A DNA stretch of 64,000 bases from Octopus vulgaris (taxonomy: Eukaryota), in NCBI GenBank assembly GCA_951406725.2, contig OX597818.1, positions 73,718,001-73,782,000 of the forward strand, in the 5' to 3' direction. Under the pieces are notes generated by a model, which did not search any database, was not told where the DNA came from, and worked only from the letters and a program-made list of their open reading frames with translations. The position numbers and the translations under genes are program-made. Positions 1-13,089 of this stretch are shown here, piece after piece (within the stretch, counting starts at the first letter, position 1; every line of letters starts with the position of its first letter).

Positions 1-3000
1 TGACTGCAAGTCTCACCTAGAAACCTTAAGAGACAAGTTAGAAGTTCAAGTATTATGCCTAGGGTGTTATATATTTGATTTTTCACATAGCATTGTTCTA
101 GAGAATGTTTAAGAAAACAGAAAATTATAAGTCTGCTTTAAAATTTGAGATTACATAGACAGTATTTTAAGAAGGATATGGGCAGTTCCCATTAGCTCTA
201 TCTTTTGAATTTCTGCCATTTTGGGGTTTCCTGGTATCTGAGCTAGGAAGAAATCAGCCCCTTTTGCTATCATTCCGAGGGCACCTATGACAACACGTAT
301 TGTTTTAATCTTCAGGCTCCAATTTTTCTTTGAAGATCTTTATAATTGCTCAGTTTTTTTGTAGGCCTTGACAGATACATTTATGTCGATTGGGACAGTC
401 GTCTCGATGAAGAAACATGATTTTCTGTTCAAGTTTTTCAATATACTATCTGACATCTATGTTCTGTCAATTTGTGACGGTGAAGTTCCAGAGGAGCGCG
501 ATGCAGTTATTTCAAGTACTGGAGGGGGCTAGTGTTCCCACCAGTATTTATCATGGGGCAGGTCTAGGTTTTTGCAAATTACCCAGTGAATATACTGTGC
601 TGTTCTATCATGCCTGTTGAGATACTCTGTAGGCGCTAGAAGACTACACGTGGAGACAACATGATCAGTGGTTTCATTTTGTTGTTGACATACATGACAT
701 GTTGGACTACTGGCGTCCTTTAATATGTTGGCCTGATAGTTCCTTGTAGGTAGGCATTGATATTGGGCTGCGATGATAAACCCTTCTGTTTCTGATTTTA
801 AGCCAGAAGTCACTAAACATTGATGGGTAAGGGCTTTGTCAAAATCAGCATTATTAGCTCTCTTTGGGTATTTGCCACTGAGTGGTTTATCTTGCCATTT
901 ATCAGTAAGAATATCTAAAGCAGCAGTTTTAGCACAGATTGTCATGCTTTCTAGTACGTCTAATTCTGGAATTTGTCGTATTTGAAATTCACTTAGATAT
1001 TCCTTTGCCTGTTTGATTACTGAGTACGATGCTTTCTTGTTTTCATGCTTTGAGACAAGTTTTAACATGCAGTCATCAGAGTTTTTCAGGTAGGTGCCTA
1101 GGCCAATTGTGGCAATCTTCATTGTTAATTCTAGTTGTAAATGTCCACGGCCGCCTTCTTTTCTTGGGAGATAAAGTCGGTCTACATCTGCAATAGGGTG
1201 CTGCATTCAGTGCATTAGCAACAATGTGCGTATATTTGAACAGCTAATGATATTGAAACTTTAAGGCACGACCGGCATGGCTAAAGTATTGATCGTTTCG
1301 ATCCTGTTCCTTGCATTCAGCTTTGGCTTGAGAATTGCCCTTACCCTGCGATAATATTCTCTTCTGATCTTTTTCCTCATCACTGAATTCTGATTTCGTC
1401 CCCTTCAAATGTCCTTAGATATTTGTAGCTCTCTGCTGGTTCAAACTCCTTTATGACATTCTGATGGTCAAAATTAACGTTGAATGTTTCTGTCATTTTT
1501 TTCCTTTGATGGAGGTAGTTTTTGCACATTTATCAAGGCCAAATTGCATCCTGATGTCATCAATGAATTGTTTAGCAATCGCTAGTAAGCCGTGTTGTTT
1601 TAAGAATTGCTTGTAAGCTCTCTTGGTTTAGCAATTGCTAGTAAACCCTGTTGGTCACTTTTTTGGAAAGAGCTTTAAATCATCCAGGTAGAAGAGATTA
1701 TTAATATTTTTTTCAAACATTTTATAGCCATATTGTACATCTTTGTGCAGTTTTAAAAGTGGTATCAAGGCTAGACAAAAGAGGAGTGCTGATAGAGAGG
1801 CACCCTGGAAAATGCCACATTAAATTATTACGTCTCCAGCATTAAGCGTTTCATTGTCACTGTTCAATGTCAGTGTGGTTCTCCATGATCTCTTACTTTT
1901 AGACAAGAACTTTCGAGTGGGTGCTATTTTGCACATTTCCAGATATTTCTTAATCCAGATATGTGGTAAACTGTCAAAATGATTTTTATAGTCTACCCAG
2001 GCTATCGACAAGTTTTTGTGTCATTTGTGATAATGTTCCAAGATCATCCTTTTGATGAGTAGCTGACCTTCACAACCATAGTACCCATATTTATATATTT
2101 TTTGCTCATTAGGGAATATGCCAGTTTTTATTAAAAACAATAAACTATAGGAATATTCAGTCAAGTCAGTTATTAGTATTTTATACATTTTTGTATGGGT
2201 CTATAATTTTTTGGTTCATTTGCTTCTTCATTTGTTCGAAGTAGGAATGTTACACCATTAACAAGAGGGAATCATATTAAGTTGTTACAAATCATTGTTG
2301 TAAAGTTTTGTTAGCAGTTCATGACCCTCTGGGAAGGCATTCAACCAGAAGTTAGGAATGTTATACTTTCCTGGAGACTTCCATTTGCTTGACTTCTCGA
2401 GAGCAGATCTTACATCCTCTACCTTGATACCCTCCAACTTTTGCTCTCCTAAGTAGTCTAAATCAGTAGATATCAAACTAACATTTTATTGTGTATTGTT
2501 TCTTCTACCCAAATTTTAATCCAAAATTCCTTCACTTCTCCTTTGATGGAACAGATATTACTGTAACTGGTTTTTTCCTATCTCTCTGTAAAAACTTTTT
2601 AGGTTATTTATGAGCATGTTGTTTTCCTTGAAGAATCAAACTCGCTTTTCATACCTTGCTATGCCGGCAGCTCTAGCACATACTTTTTGCTTGATAGTCT
2701 CTATGATGGTATCGATGTCAACTATGTATTTTATATTGTATTTTTTCTTTAATTTTCGGATTTTTGTGTGTTTGATAGTCTTGTCAAACTTAAGGTGTTT
2801 TAAACGTTCTATGTCAGACCTAAGTTGCTGAATTTGGTATTTAATACGCTCTCACCAAGTAGGCTTTTTGTGTGAAAGTTGTGGCTTTCTAATCTTTTCA
2901 TCACATAGACGCGTAGAGATTTTCGCAGATTCATAGTTCAGGCGGTTGAGACCTGTAATATCAATATGATTAGCTGAAATTATAGCCTTAAGTGCAAGGC

Positions 3001-4409
3001 GCTTTTACCAATTATTTTCAGGTTTTATTTAGAGTTGCGAATTTTTGGGAGAGTGCCACGTTCATTCATACTGGTTTCTTTAATGTTCAGCCATTCAATC
3101 ATGATTTGATTTTTTTAGTTCAGTTGGGTCAACTTCTGTGTGACTTTCTTCGGCTATTTGACTTTCATCTGCCTTGGTGTTTATGGTTTGTTCAGAGACT
3201 ATTTCACTTTGCTTATAACTTTCTATCATTTCTTCATTTTCACCGGACTTGGGCTGGTCCATAATTATTTACTCTGTAGTAGCTTCTTTAGCTGCAACTT
3301 CGTTCCCCTTATCCCTTATTGATTGCTTAATTTGACCAGACTTTAATTCAGTTAGTAATCTCATTTTCATAAGGTTTCTCCTGATGTTGGCAAGTTTGTT
3401 ACTGTCTATGTAGGGTCTTACCGCTAGTTACTTCTGTCTCTAGTTTAGATAGATTTGTTTAATATTAGATTTATTTGTGGGGAAATACATGGCATGATAG
3501 AAGGACTTGAGAACATTTTTATCATCTCCCCTAGACCATTTTTCATTCTTTATCATTTGTTTATTTGATGACGAGCGTGGATGGCCATTTCCAGCTCCTG
3601 TATTTCGGGAAGATTTGAACCAGTAGTTTATTTTTCATATCCAGTATGGTTCTTCACTGAGGTACGCGAACCTTGTTTACACGGGTGACGGCAGATCCGG
3701 TTCCTATTTTGCTTTTTTATCATTGATGCATGGTGATCTTGGAAGTTGACATTAGGAGACGGATCTGTCTGTTAAGAGTTAATTTTTGAGACAACACCGC
3801 CTCCATGTTCTAATATAGTTTCTTAAGACTAACAGCTCTAGATTCGTGTGTACGTTTTTCTTTGTTGGTGAATTTATCTCCGGGCAGAGTTTTGGTGGTG
3901 TTTTTAAACTTATGAATTGTTCACTGTGTCTGTGGTAGTTCGAAAAAAAATTGTTTTGCTCTTGTTTTTTTTTTCGCTTCGTTTGTGACACGTGCTTTCA
4001 TATGCGTGTATGTGTCCTGCAAATGTCACGTATTTGTGTAACTATTGAGATGTCTGTGTAGTCCTATAGGTGATAAAATGTATATATGATTGTGTAGACA
4101 TTCGAGTGTATGCATAATTAATCAATTTGTGTACTTACTATTTTGTTCAACTTATATTCTATAATTTGTAAACTTTCCGATGTTGACATCGCATGTCTTT
4201 TGCACATGTGTCACTGAGACATCGTGCATGGGAGAAACAGTGCTTTGTATAGCAGTGAAATTTCGTTTTTGTGATTATTTTCGTTAAAAGGGCCTCTTCC
4301 TTCATGTCTTCCACAGGCAGCTTTATCGCATTCCACTGATATTATTAGATTAAATTTGTTTTGAATGGAGAACCCGGTGCAGCACATCAATGTTGTTATT
4401 CAGCGTGAG

Positions 4410-4410
<1 letters not shown>
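1..4410 (-). mobile_element. Near full-length but decayed R4/Dong-clade non-LTR retrotransposon (RT + CCHC + REL endonuclease); 3' end runs off the window start
   Basis: Minus-strand ORF pieces: KWKSPGKYNIPNFWL (2285-2476), SIAWVDYKNHFDSLPH (1820-2011), IFQG...LLFCL and YLDDLKLF (~1670-1820), RLYLPRKEGGRG, ETEGFIIAAQ and CHVCQQQNETTDHVVSTC zinc knuckle (529-1206). N-terminal KWSRGDDKN-like motif near 3540. Many frameshifts and stops. 5' side abuts (TTA)n at 4411-4478. Homologous to 52320-54980. Confidence 0.93.

Positions 4411-4478
<68 letters not shown>
4411..4478. repeat. (TTA)n microsatellite, probable Dong target site
   Basis: Direct reading; immediately flanks the 5' end of the minus-strand LINE. 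Confidence 0.95.
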
Positions 4479-4480
<2 letters not shown>

Positions 4481-4504
4481 GTTAACAAACAGTATAATAA
4501 ATAT

Positions 4505-4945
4505 TTGGAAAAGACGACGACGAAAATGATGATGACTATAATATCGATGATGATGATGGTGTTGCTGAGAATGATGACCACGATGACCAATATCAAGATC
4601 ACATTGGTGACAATGATAATGATTAATACAACGATGACGATTGCGATGTTGATATGGATGATGATGATGATGACGAGAAGGAGGAGGAGGAGGAGGAAGA
4701 TGTTCGTGGTAACGATAAAATTTGTAGTGGTGACGGTGATGGGGATAATGTTTGGTAGATAACGATAATGATAATGATAAAGAAGCGGGTGGGGAGGAGG
4801 AGGAAGAAAAAACGATGAGGATAAAGAATGACGATGAGAATTACGATGATGATGAGGAGGATACGGAGTTTGAAAATAACGATGGTGATAATGATGAAGA
4901 GGGTGGCTACCTTGATGATATCAGGGACGACGACGATGATTATAT
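4505..4945. repeat. Degenerate (GAT/GAC/GAG)n low-complexity tract
   Basis: Trinucleotide-rich tract that yields only poly-M/D/E ORFs. Confidence 0.85.
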
Positions 4946-5266
4946 ATCAAAACAAAGCAGAAAAGAAAGCAATCCATTATGGCGTGAACAAATAGAGTAG
5001 CAGTAGCAACAAAAGCAATCAACAATATAGCGAAACTACGCCAAATACGCAAGCGACTTCTGCGATGTTCTCATAAAACCTACGCCTGTTTTTAGCATGA
5101 TAATATGAAAATACTCTGGAAATTTACTATACAAACAGGCCACCAGGTAACACAAAATAAATTCTGCATTCGTTGTCTTGGGAAAATGGCATCAATAATC
5201 TAATTATCTACATAGCAATACCAAATGTTGTGGAAAACCAATGCCAATATAATTCTTGTTGAAAAT

Positions 5267-5410
5267 GCAATGAGCTGGCCGAACAAATGTTTAGCGGCAT
5301 TTCATCCATCTTTACGTTCAAATTCTGCCGGATCGACCTCAACTTTCATCCTTTTGCTGTCGATAAATTAAATCCCAGTTGATTGCCGGGGTCGATGTAA
5401 TCGACTTACC
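5267..5410 (+). mobile_element. tRNA-derived SINE family B (Deu/Nin-domain-like), decayed
   Basis: gagctggc...aaatgtttagcggcatttc...ttacgttc...ctttcatcctttt...gtcgataaattaa...ggggtcgatgtaatcgactta. The same motifs recur at 5490, 16150, 30375, 30845, 36385 and 37540. Confidence 0.75.
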
Positions 5411-5489
5411 ATCTTTATCATGTGAAAGAATAATGAGTATTTACTCTAGAGAACATACTTCAATATTTTCTTTTACCTCTAACATATGA

Positions 5490-5670
5490 GGCAGTGAGCA
5501 GGCAGAATTGTTAGCACGCCGGGCAAAATGCTAAGCTTCTTTCCTTCCTTTTTTACGTTAAGTCCAACTTCAGCTGTGAGTTATTCGTTTCTCATTCTTT
5601 CTGGATCGATGACATAAGAACGACTCAAGAACTGGGGACGATAAAACCTACTAGACCCTCCCGACAAAAA
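5490..5670 (+). mobile_element. SINE family B copy
   Basis: ggcagtgagcaggcagaattgttagcacgccgggcaaaatgct head; gatcgatga...ctgggg tail. Confidence 0.7.
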
Positions 5671-6606
5671 TCCCAGGCTTTGAGGCTATAATAGAAAAAA
5701 TTATCACTTAACATAAAATAAAACCAAACTGTTTGAGCATATATACACACATATATACATACATGTATAAGTATATATATATGATTATATATATGTATAT
5801 ATAAGCATATATACATACACACACACACACACACAAACACACAAACACACACACATACACACACAAACACACACACATACACATATATATATATATATAT
5901 ATATAATATATATATACTAGCTGAATAGACCGTCGTTGGGGGGGGGGTGACAAGTTTTACAGTAAAATGTCTTACATAAATCTTTGTTGATTTCATATCA
6001 GACCATGCCTTCCCCGACAGATCGGCCTCTTCAGCAGGACAGATTTGTGCAATTTTTCACAAAAAACTTCATTGGGGAATGTTTTTCCTTTTTAAATTAT
6101 TGACACGTCTGTTCCACCATTTCATATGAATTTATTCATTAAAACTTATTAAAATTTCAGAAGTTCTTAAAACTTTAGTCGTAGTAATGCTTTGGTTTCG
6201 TCTGTTTAATGAAAATTCCTCCCCCTAATGATTTTGTTTTCATTTTGTGATAGATGGCTATGAATTAGTAAATGCCAAGTTCGAAATCCTGTCTTCTGAT
6301 TAGTAGAAATGATTAACCTTTCAACCTCAGTAACATTTTTCTGCAAGTTTTCTGGAACAAATAAATAACAATATCGAATTTTACGTTGAAAATATCAGGT
6401 TTCTAAAATGTTGACGTCAATTTTAACCTAACAAAATGTGATAGAGGAGGGAAGACCCTACCAAAGACAGACACATACGTCACACATGCAGACACATACA
6501 TACACATTTACAAACGTACACACAGGTAATCACGAATTTAAACTGGTGTAAAAGTAGATACATATATGTATGTACATATGTATGTATGTATGCATGTATA
6601 TATATA

Positions 6607-6975
6607 CTCTCTTACTTGTTTCAGTCATTTGACTGCGGCCATGCTGGAGCACCGCCTTTAGTCGAGCAAATCGACCCCGTGACTTATTCTTTATAAGCCC
6701 AGTACTTATTCTATCGGTCTGTTTTGCCGAACCGCTAAGTGACGGGGACGTAAACACACCAGCATCGGTTGTCAAGCAATGCTAGGGGGACAATCACACA
6801 AACACATACACACACATATATATACATATGTACGACAGGCTTCTTTCAGTTTCCGTCTACCAAATCCACTCACAAGGCACAAGAAGACACTTGCCCAAGA
6901 TGCCAAGCAGTGGGACTGAACCCGGAACCATGTGGTTGGTTAGCAAGCTACTTACCACACAGCCACTCATGTGCC
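6607..6975 (-). mobile_element. tRNA-derived SINE family A (A/B-box head, CORE-like cttgggcaagtg, internal microsatellite)
   Basis: Reverse complement reads ggcacatgagtggctgtgtggtaag...ggttccgggttcagtccc...cttgggcaagtgtcttc...gctccagcatggccgcagtcaaatgactgaaacaagtaaga. Homologous copies at 12440, 28409 and 60945. Confidence 0.88.
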
Positions 6976-7018
<43 letters not shown>

Positions 7019-7523
7019 TTGTGTGTATGTATGTATGAATGTATGTGACTGTTTTTTTTGCGATGGACAGCAGTAAAGTTACCTACTTTCTCTCTCCTTA
7101 AAGTTCAGTATCCATTACACCTACCTTTATACACTTCCTGCGCGTTTTAAAAGTTACGTATTTGCATGTGTGTGTGTGTATGTGTGTGTGTGTATGTATG
7201 TATCTATGAATTTATGAAAGTATGTATACAGCGTCTTGTGTATATGGCAGCTGTATTATCGTTATCATCATACTCCATATTTGTTACTTAGACAACGCTG
7301 CACTCCCCTTACCTGATATCAGAAACCCTACTCTGTCACCATATTTCCTTCACACTACTACTATTTGCACTCTTTTCATTTTATCATAGAATTCGGTCAA
7401 CCCACCTATCGGGCACATTATAGATATTTATTGAAATCCGATTAATATATTATTGCACTGGATGTTATTTTAACATGTATGCAAAACTTAGTTCGCTGGT
7501 TACTAGAGAAGAGAAAGGAATTG

Positions 7524-7587
<64 letters not shown>

Positions 7588-7600
7588 CCACTCCTGTGTC

Positions 7601-7650
<50 letters not shown>

Positions 7651-8153
7651 TGTGTGTATGTATGTATGAATGTATGTGACTGTTTTTTTGCGATGGACAG
7701 CAGTAAAGTTACCTACTTTCTCTCTCCTTAAAGTTCAGTATCCATTACACCTACCTTTATACCCTTCCTGCGCGTTTTAAAAGTTACGTATTTGCATGTG
7801 TGTGTGTGTATGTGTGTGTGTGTATATGTATGTATCTATGAATTTATGAAAGTATGTATACAGCGTCTTGTGTGTATGGCAGCTGTATTATCGTTATCAT
7901 CATACTCCATATTTGTTACTTAGACAACGCTGCACTCCCCTTACCTGATATCAGAAACCCTACTCTGTCACCATATTTCCTTCACACTACTACTATTTGC
8001 ACTCTTTTCATTTTATCATAGAATTCGGTCAACCCACCTATCGGGCACATTATAGATATTTATTGAAATCCGATTAATGTATTATTGCACTGGATGTTAT
8101 TTTAACATGTATGCAAAACTTAGTTCGCTGGTTTAGAGAAGAGAAAGGAATTG

Positions 8154-8210
<57 letters not shown>
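6957..8210. repeat. Near-identical tandem duplication, unit ~620 bp (6957-7580 / 7581-8210), bounded by (TA)n
   Basis: 7030-7525 is repeated almost base for base at 7663-8155. Confidence 0.95.
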
Positions 8211-8218
<8 letters not shown>

Positions 8219-8221
8219 TAT

Positions 8222-9373
8222 CAAAGAGGAGACGAACACTTGGGATGTTGTTAGTCCATTTATATCATGAAGTCATCTACGTACGTTTCGACGGTTGCAA
8301 TCCAAAATGCCCGGCAGGATAAATAATGGTCATCAGTGTACCAATCTCTTCGGGAGTTTTATGATAACAAACCCATCTAATAAACATGTTAACCTAAAAC
8401 AAGTGTCCAACAAAATGTAGCGAATTTATATTTGTATGGACACAGGGGTTCACACTCAAACATGTGACGTGTAAATATAAATATTATATACATACAAAAC
8501 ACAAACGTATACAAACACATACATGCACACTAATCAAAATACGAACACTTACACATATACATATATACATATATATATATATATATGTATATATAAATAT
8601 ATAAATATATAAAGTATTATATATACATACATGTATATATATATATAAAATTGTCTTTTGTCTATCAATGTGCACAATATTATTGTATATTTGCTTATAA
8701 GTGTGAGTATAGGTTTATTACGGTGTGTTGATGTCTGTCAGTGTATTGGGATGTGTGTGCTCTTCTATATGTGTATGAACGTCTGTTTATATTTATAAGT
8801 GGAGATCGTTAAATTCTTGTAAAACATACTAAAGTATCTATATGCGTCTAGCTATATGCTTATGAGAGTTATACTGAGTTTACAAATCTAAGAATTAGTA
8901 CATTTTAGTTCTCTCAAGCAATTCTTTCTCATTACCAAATAATAATTTATCCAAAGTCTCTTTTATTTCCTTTTCTTTTTCTTACAGCCTCCATATATTT
9001 CTATATATTTCAGTTCTTTTCCCCACAATATCTAGTGTGTTCCGACAACGTCATTTTAAATTCCACGCGTCTATTGTTCGTCTGTAAATATATTGTGAAT
9101 GAACGTAATTTTTATGTGCTTAAGTAAGTGTGTATGTGTATAAAATAAAGTGTTGGGGTTTATTAATGTTATGGGATGCATATGCTCTTCTGTATATTAA
9201 TATTTTGTTTATGAGTATTAGTATCTGAACGTTAGTATATATTTTAGTATAGGTTTGATTCCAAGATATACGCATATGTGTGTCAGTATATCTCATATGT
9301 ATGTATGTGTGTATATGTGTATATATAATACTTTATATAGATATGTATATATTACTATATATGTGCATACATG

Positions 9374-9444
<71 letters not shown>

Positions 9445-9780
9445 ATGCATATTGTAAGTATTTGTATTTTGATGAGTGTGTATGTATGTGTTTCTATAGA
9501 TTTGTGTTTTTGTATGATTATAATGTTTATATTTACACGTCTCATGTTCGTGTGTGATCGCTTGCGTCCAGATAAATAGAAATACGATACATTTTGTAGG
9601 GTTTTCTTTTTCGGTTAACGTTCATTTGATGAGCTTGTTATCATAAACCTCTTGAAGCGATTAGCGCACTGCTGATCATTATTTATCCTACCGGACAGTT
9701 TGGAGTGCATGAGTCGAAACGTATGTAGTGGACTTCATGACATAAATGGATTAACATCTTGAAAGTTCGTCTCCTTTTTA
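8222..9780. repeat. Diverged inverted repeat (arms ~8222-8425 / ~9585-9778), each arm carrying an HHR-like motif
   Basis: aaagaggagacgaac pairs with gttcgtctcctttt; ccatttatatcatgaagtc with gacttcatgacataaatgg; ggataaataatggtcatcagtg with cactgctgatcattatttatcc. Confidence 0.88.
8272..8340 (-). ncRNA. Decayed type I hammerhead motif with long stem II
   Basis: Reverse complement: taca-CTGATGA-(~40 nt)-GAA-AC-GTAC-GT-A-gatgac. Core and palindromic stem III intact; stem I poor. Confidence 0.55.
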
Positions 9781-9895
9781 TATTTTAATATTTTCTACTA
9801 AATAAGTAGCACTAGTCCGGGATTATTTCTTGGGACACTTAAGCAACTTTTAGCTACTTTGTAACAGTATCCTGGGATTTATCCTACTAATTATA

Positions 9896-9936
<41 letters not shown>

Positions 9937-9973
9937 AAAGACGGTTTGAAAATGCAATTCAAAAGATGTTTAT

Positions 9974-10018
9974 TTACTTTACCGGTTTCACCCTTTGGAA
10001 AAAGATTGTCAAAAGTAA
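9974..10018 (-). ncRNA. Type I hammerhead motif, U3:A8 variant
   Basis: Reverse complement: ttactt-TTGACAA-tctttttccaaagggt-GAA-ACCGGT-A-aagtaa. Six-bp stem I, palindromic stem III, imperfect stem II. Confidence 0.65.
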
Positions 10019-10327
10019 CATGTGGAAGTTTGGTTGCGTTAATTATTGGTTGTTGCAAATTGCTACATTACATATATATATACAGTCTTTGGTAACAGGG
10101 ACATGTTAAGGACATAAAAAAGTTCAACAAGTTCCTTAAAATATTGGGCACAAAAGATTACATAAATAATCGTTCTCAAGGACATACTTAAGATAGTTTC
10201 CAGAAGGAATTGATATTGGTACTGTATCTGTATATTCATTTATACATTTAGGTAGGTTTAATGGGGTGGTGGTGGGGGACAATGAGTACCTTATTTACTG
10301 TGGTTAACCACGACTCAACCCTGGACC

Positions 10328-10412
<85 letters not shown>

Positions 10413-10415
10413 ATG

Positions 10416-10471
<56 letters not shown>

Positions 10472-12439
10472 TGTGCTGTGTGATGTGTGCGTGTTTGCGT
10501 GTGTGTTTGCGTGCGTGTGTGCGTGTGTGTGTGTGCGTGCGCGTGTGTGTGTGTGTGTACTGCAGGAAAATTTAACCGGTAGCACTGAAAATACAAGGGA
10601 TTATCTGTTGTCTGTCTCCGCTCAGGAAGGAAGATGCTTACGTGCGCTTCTGGCTTCATGAGTTAGCTGTACAGCCCACTTGCCAGCGGCTAAGGTTTTG
10701 GGGTTACACGAAGCATCCTAGGGAGAGGAATATTAGTAGTGAACTGTAAGATGTTCAATAGTCTACTGTTAATGTATCAGTGCTACTACTACCACTTACA
10801 TCACGACCACCACCACCACCGAAGACATTTCGATAGATCAAATATGCTTTGAGACTGACGCCTTCTTGCGGTCACTCATCCGATGGACTACCTACTCGAT
10901 ATATATTGATTTACCAAAGAGTAAAAACAATAATAAACAGAACAGAATATTTTTGTTTATGTTATGTTGGCGTATGCTATCTATGAGTTGTGGAGTCTGT
11001 TCGGCAACACATCAACCATTGGTAGCGCCTTAAACGCAACCAAGTGACCAACTGTTCGACCAGACTGTAAACGATTCCTGATCGATAAAGCAATTAAACA
11101 CATGCTTCTCCCACATCGTAAACCATGCATGTATGTACGAGGAAGTCATCCGTAACAGAAAACAAAATAATCCAAACATATAACTAACAAAACAAAAAAA
11201 CTAGTAAAGTGAGGAAATATCGACTGCAATTGTCTTCAAGCAGAACAAAGCCAAAGAAAATATGACGACAATCGATGATGATGGACATGAAAGGTCGAAG
11301 TGACCTAAAGTTAGAAATCCAGAATATGACTGTGTAGAGAACTAGGTTAAAATAAGTAATGGATAGCAGTTGGTAGAATATCGATGAGAAACACTGGCAG
11401 CTGTGAAATTTTTATGTGATAACTGCAAGAACAATATTTGCTATCACAGACTGAGTGGGAGATGTGAAAACTGATGTAAGGATAAATGGAGTAATCAATG
11501 CAACAGAAAATTTGGTCAGAAAAGAGACTGCTTACTACAGTCAAATGATGTAGAACGATAGAGTTTACATTTAAAAGAAATCTATGTAGTCCATAATGAG
11601 ATAGACCATAAAAGCACACTTGTATAAACTGAAAGAGACGAGATAAATGCTCAATAAATATATAATGATATACTAGAATAACGACTGTTTGAAATAAAAC
11701 CTCACTTTACATAGGAAATTCGCTCTAAAGCAGAAATAATCCGGTGGTATAAATGACAGCGAGAGTTTTGGGAACATAATAAATGCTCCTCGATAATACA
11801 AAACTGTATAAAAACATTATAGAAAGATGCAAAGTATTGTGTAAGATAAGTAGATTAAAATTTGAAACGGAAAGGTTGAAAGTATTGGGTAAAAATGTTA
11901 AAGATAATAAGCCTTGTTTGAAAATAAATATAGCTAGAAATATCAACCTGAGAAGTAATTCGGATACAACAAAATACACTGGAAAGCATGCCTGTACGAG
12001 GAAGCTGTTACCTATAAGTTAACTAAATAATAAAATATATCAGGCGTACGCATAGAAAACATGTCATATTGATGTGTATTAAATAATAAAAATTTTTAAA
12101 TAAGATATTAACATCAAATAATATAGTAACATTCGGCAAGACGTCTGAATATTTTGCCAAATTAATCGATAATCTGCACTCTAAGGTCTCAAGGTCAAAC
12201 ATAGTACATACATGTATTACACGAATCAATTTAGTAACTCCAATCAGAAAAAATAAAAAAGTTATCTTGAAAACTGGATGTATTACAAGATCACACACAG
12301 ATTACATTTCTATTTATAAAAGTAGAAACATAATCATGTACACAGGCTGGTATAATTATATGAGGATTTTGGCAATTTCTGTTCTGATCAACTTCAGAAA
12401 CGGGACATCAAAATATGCAGTCTATAGGTAATCTTTATC

Positions 12440-12805
12440 CTTTGCTTGTTACAGTCACTGGATTGCAGCCATGCACCGCCTTTCGTCGACAAAATCGGCG
12501 CTAGGACTTATTCTTTGTAAGCTTAGTACTTATTCTATCGGCCTCTTTTGCCGAGTCGCTAAGTTACGGGGACGTGAACACACCAGCATCGGTTGTCAAG
12601 CGATGTTGGGGGGACAAACACACACATATATACATACATATACATATATACGATGGGCTTCTTTGAGTTTCCGTCTACCAAATCCACTCACAAGGCTTTG
12701 GTCGGCCCGAGGCTATAGTAGAAGACACTTGCCCAAGGTGCCACGCACTGGGACTGAACCCGAAACCATATGGTTGCTAAGCAAGCTACTTACCACACAG
12801 CTACT
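12440..12805 (-). mobile_element. SINE family A copy
   Basis: Matches 6607-6975 and 28409-28825 across head and tail. Confidence 0.88.
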
Positions 12806-13089
12806 TTTATATATATATATATATACACATTATGTGTTACCCATTTTGAAACAGCGTGTACATTCTGCGAATATATCTCGAAATATTGTACACAGTTTAC
12901 AATAATTAAATATATTTACTTCAGTTCGGATAATTGAACAGAGGATTCTCAACTGCAGTTATTCAGGTATACAGTCGAATGCTTCGAAGCCATTTGATAG
13001 TTATTTATTAATCGATACTAGGCCTTTGATAGTGTTGTCGATTTCAGTGGCTTCTGAGCGTAGAACATAAATCGGTAACTAAATACAGC

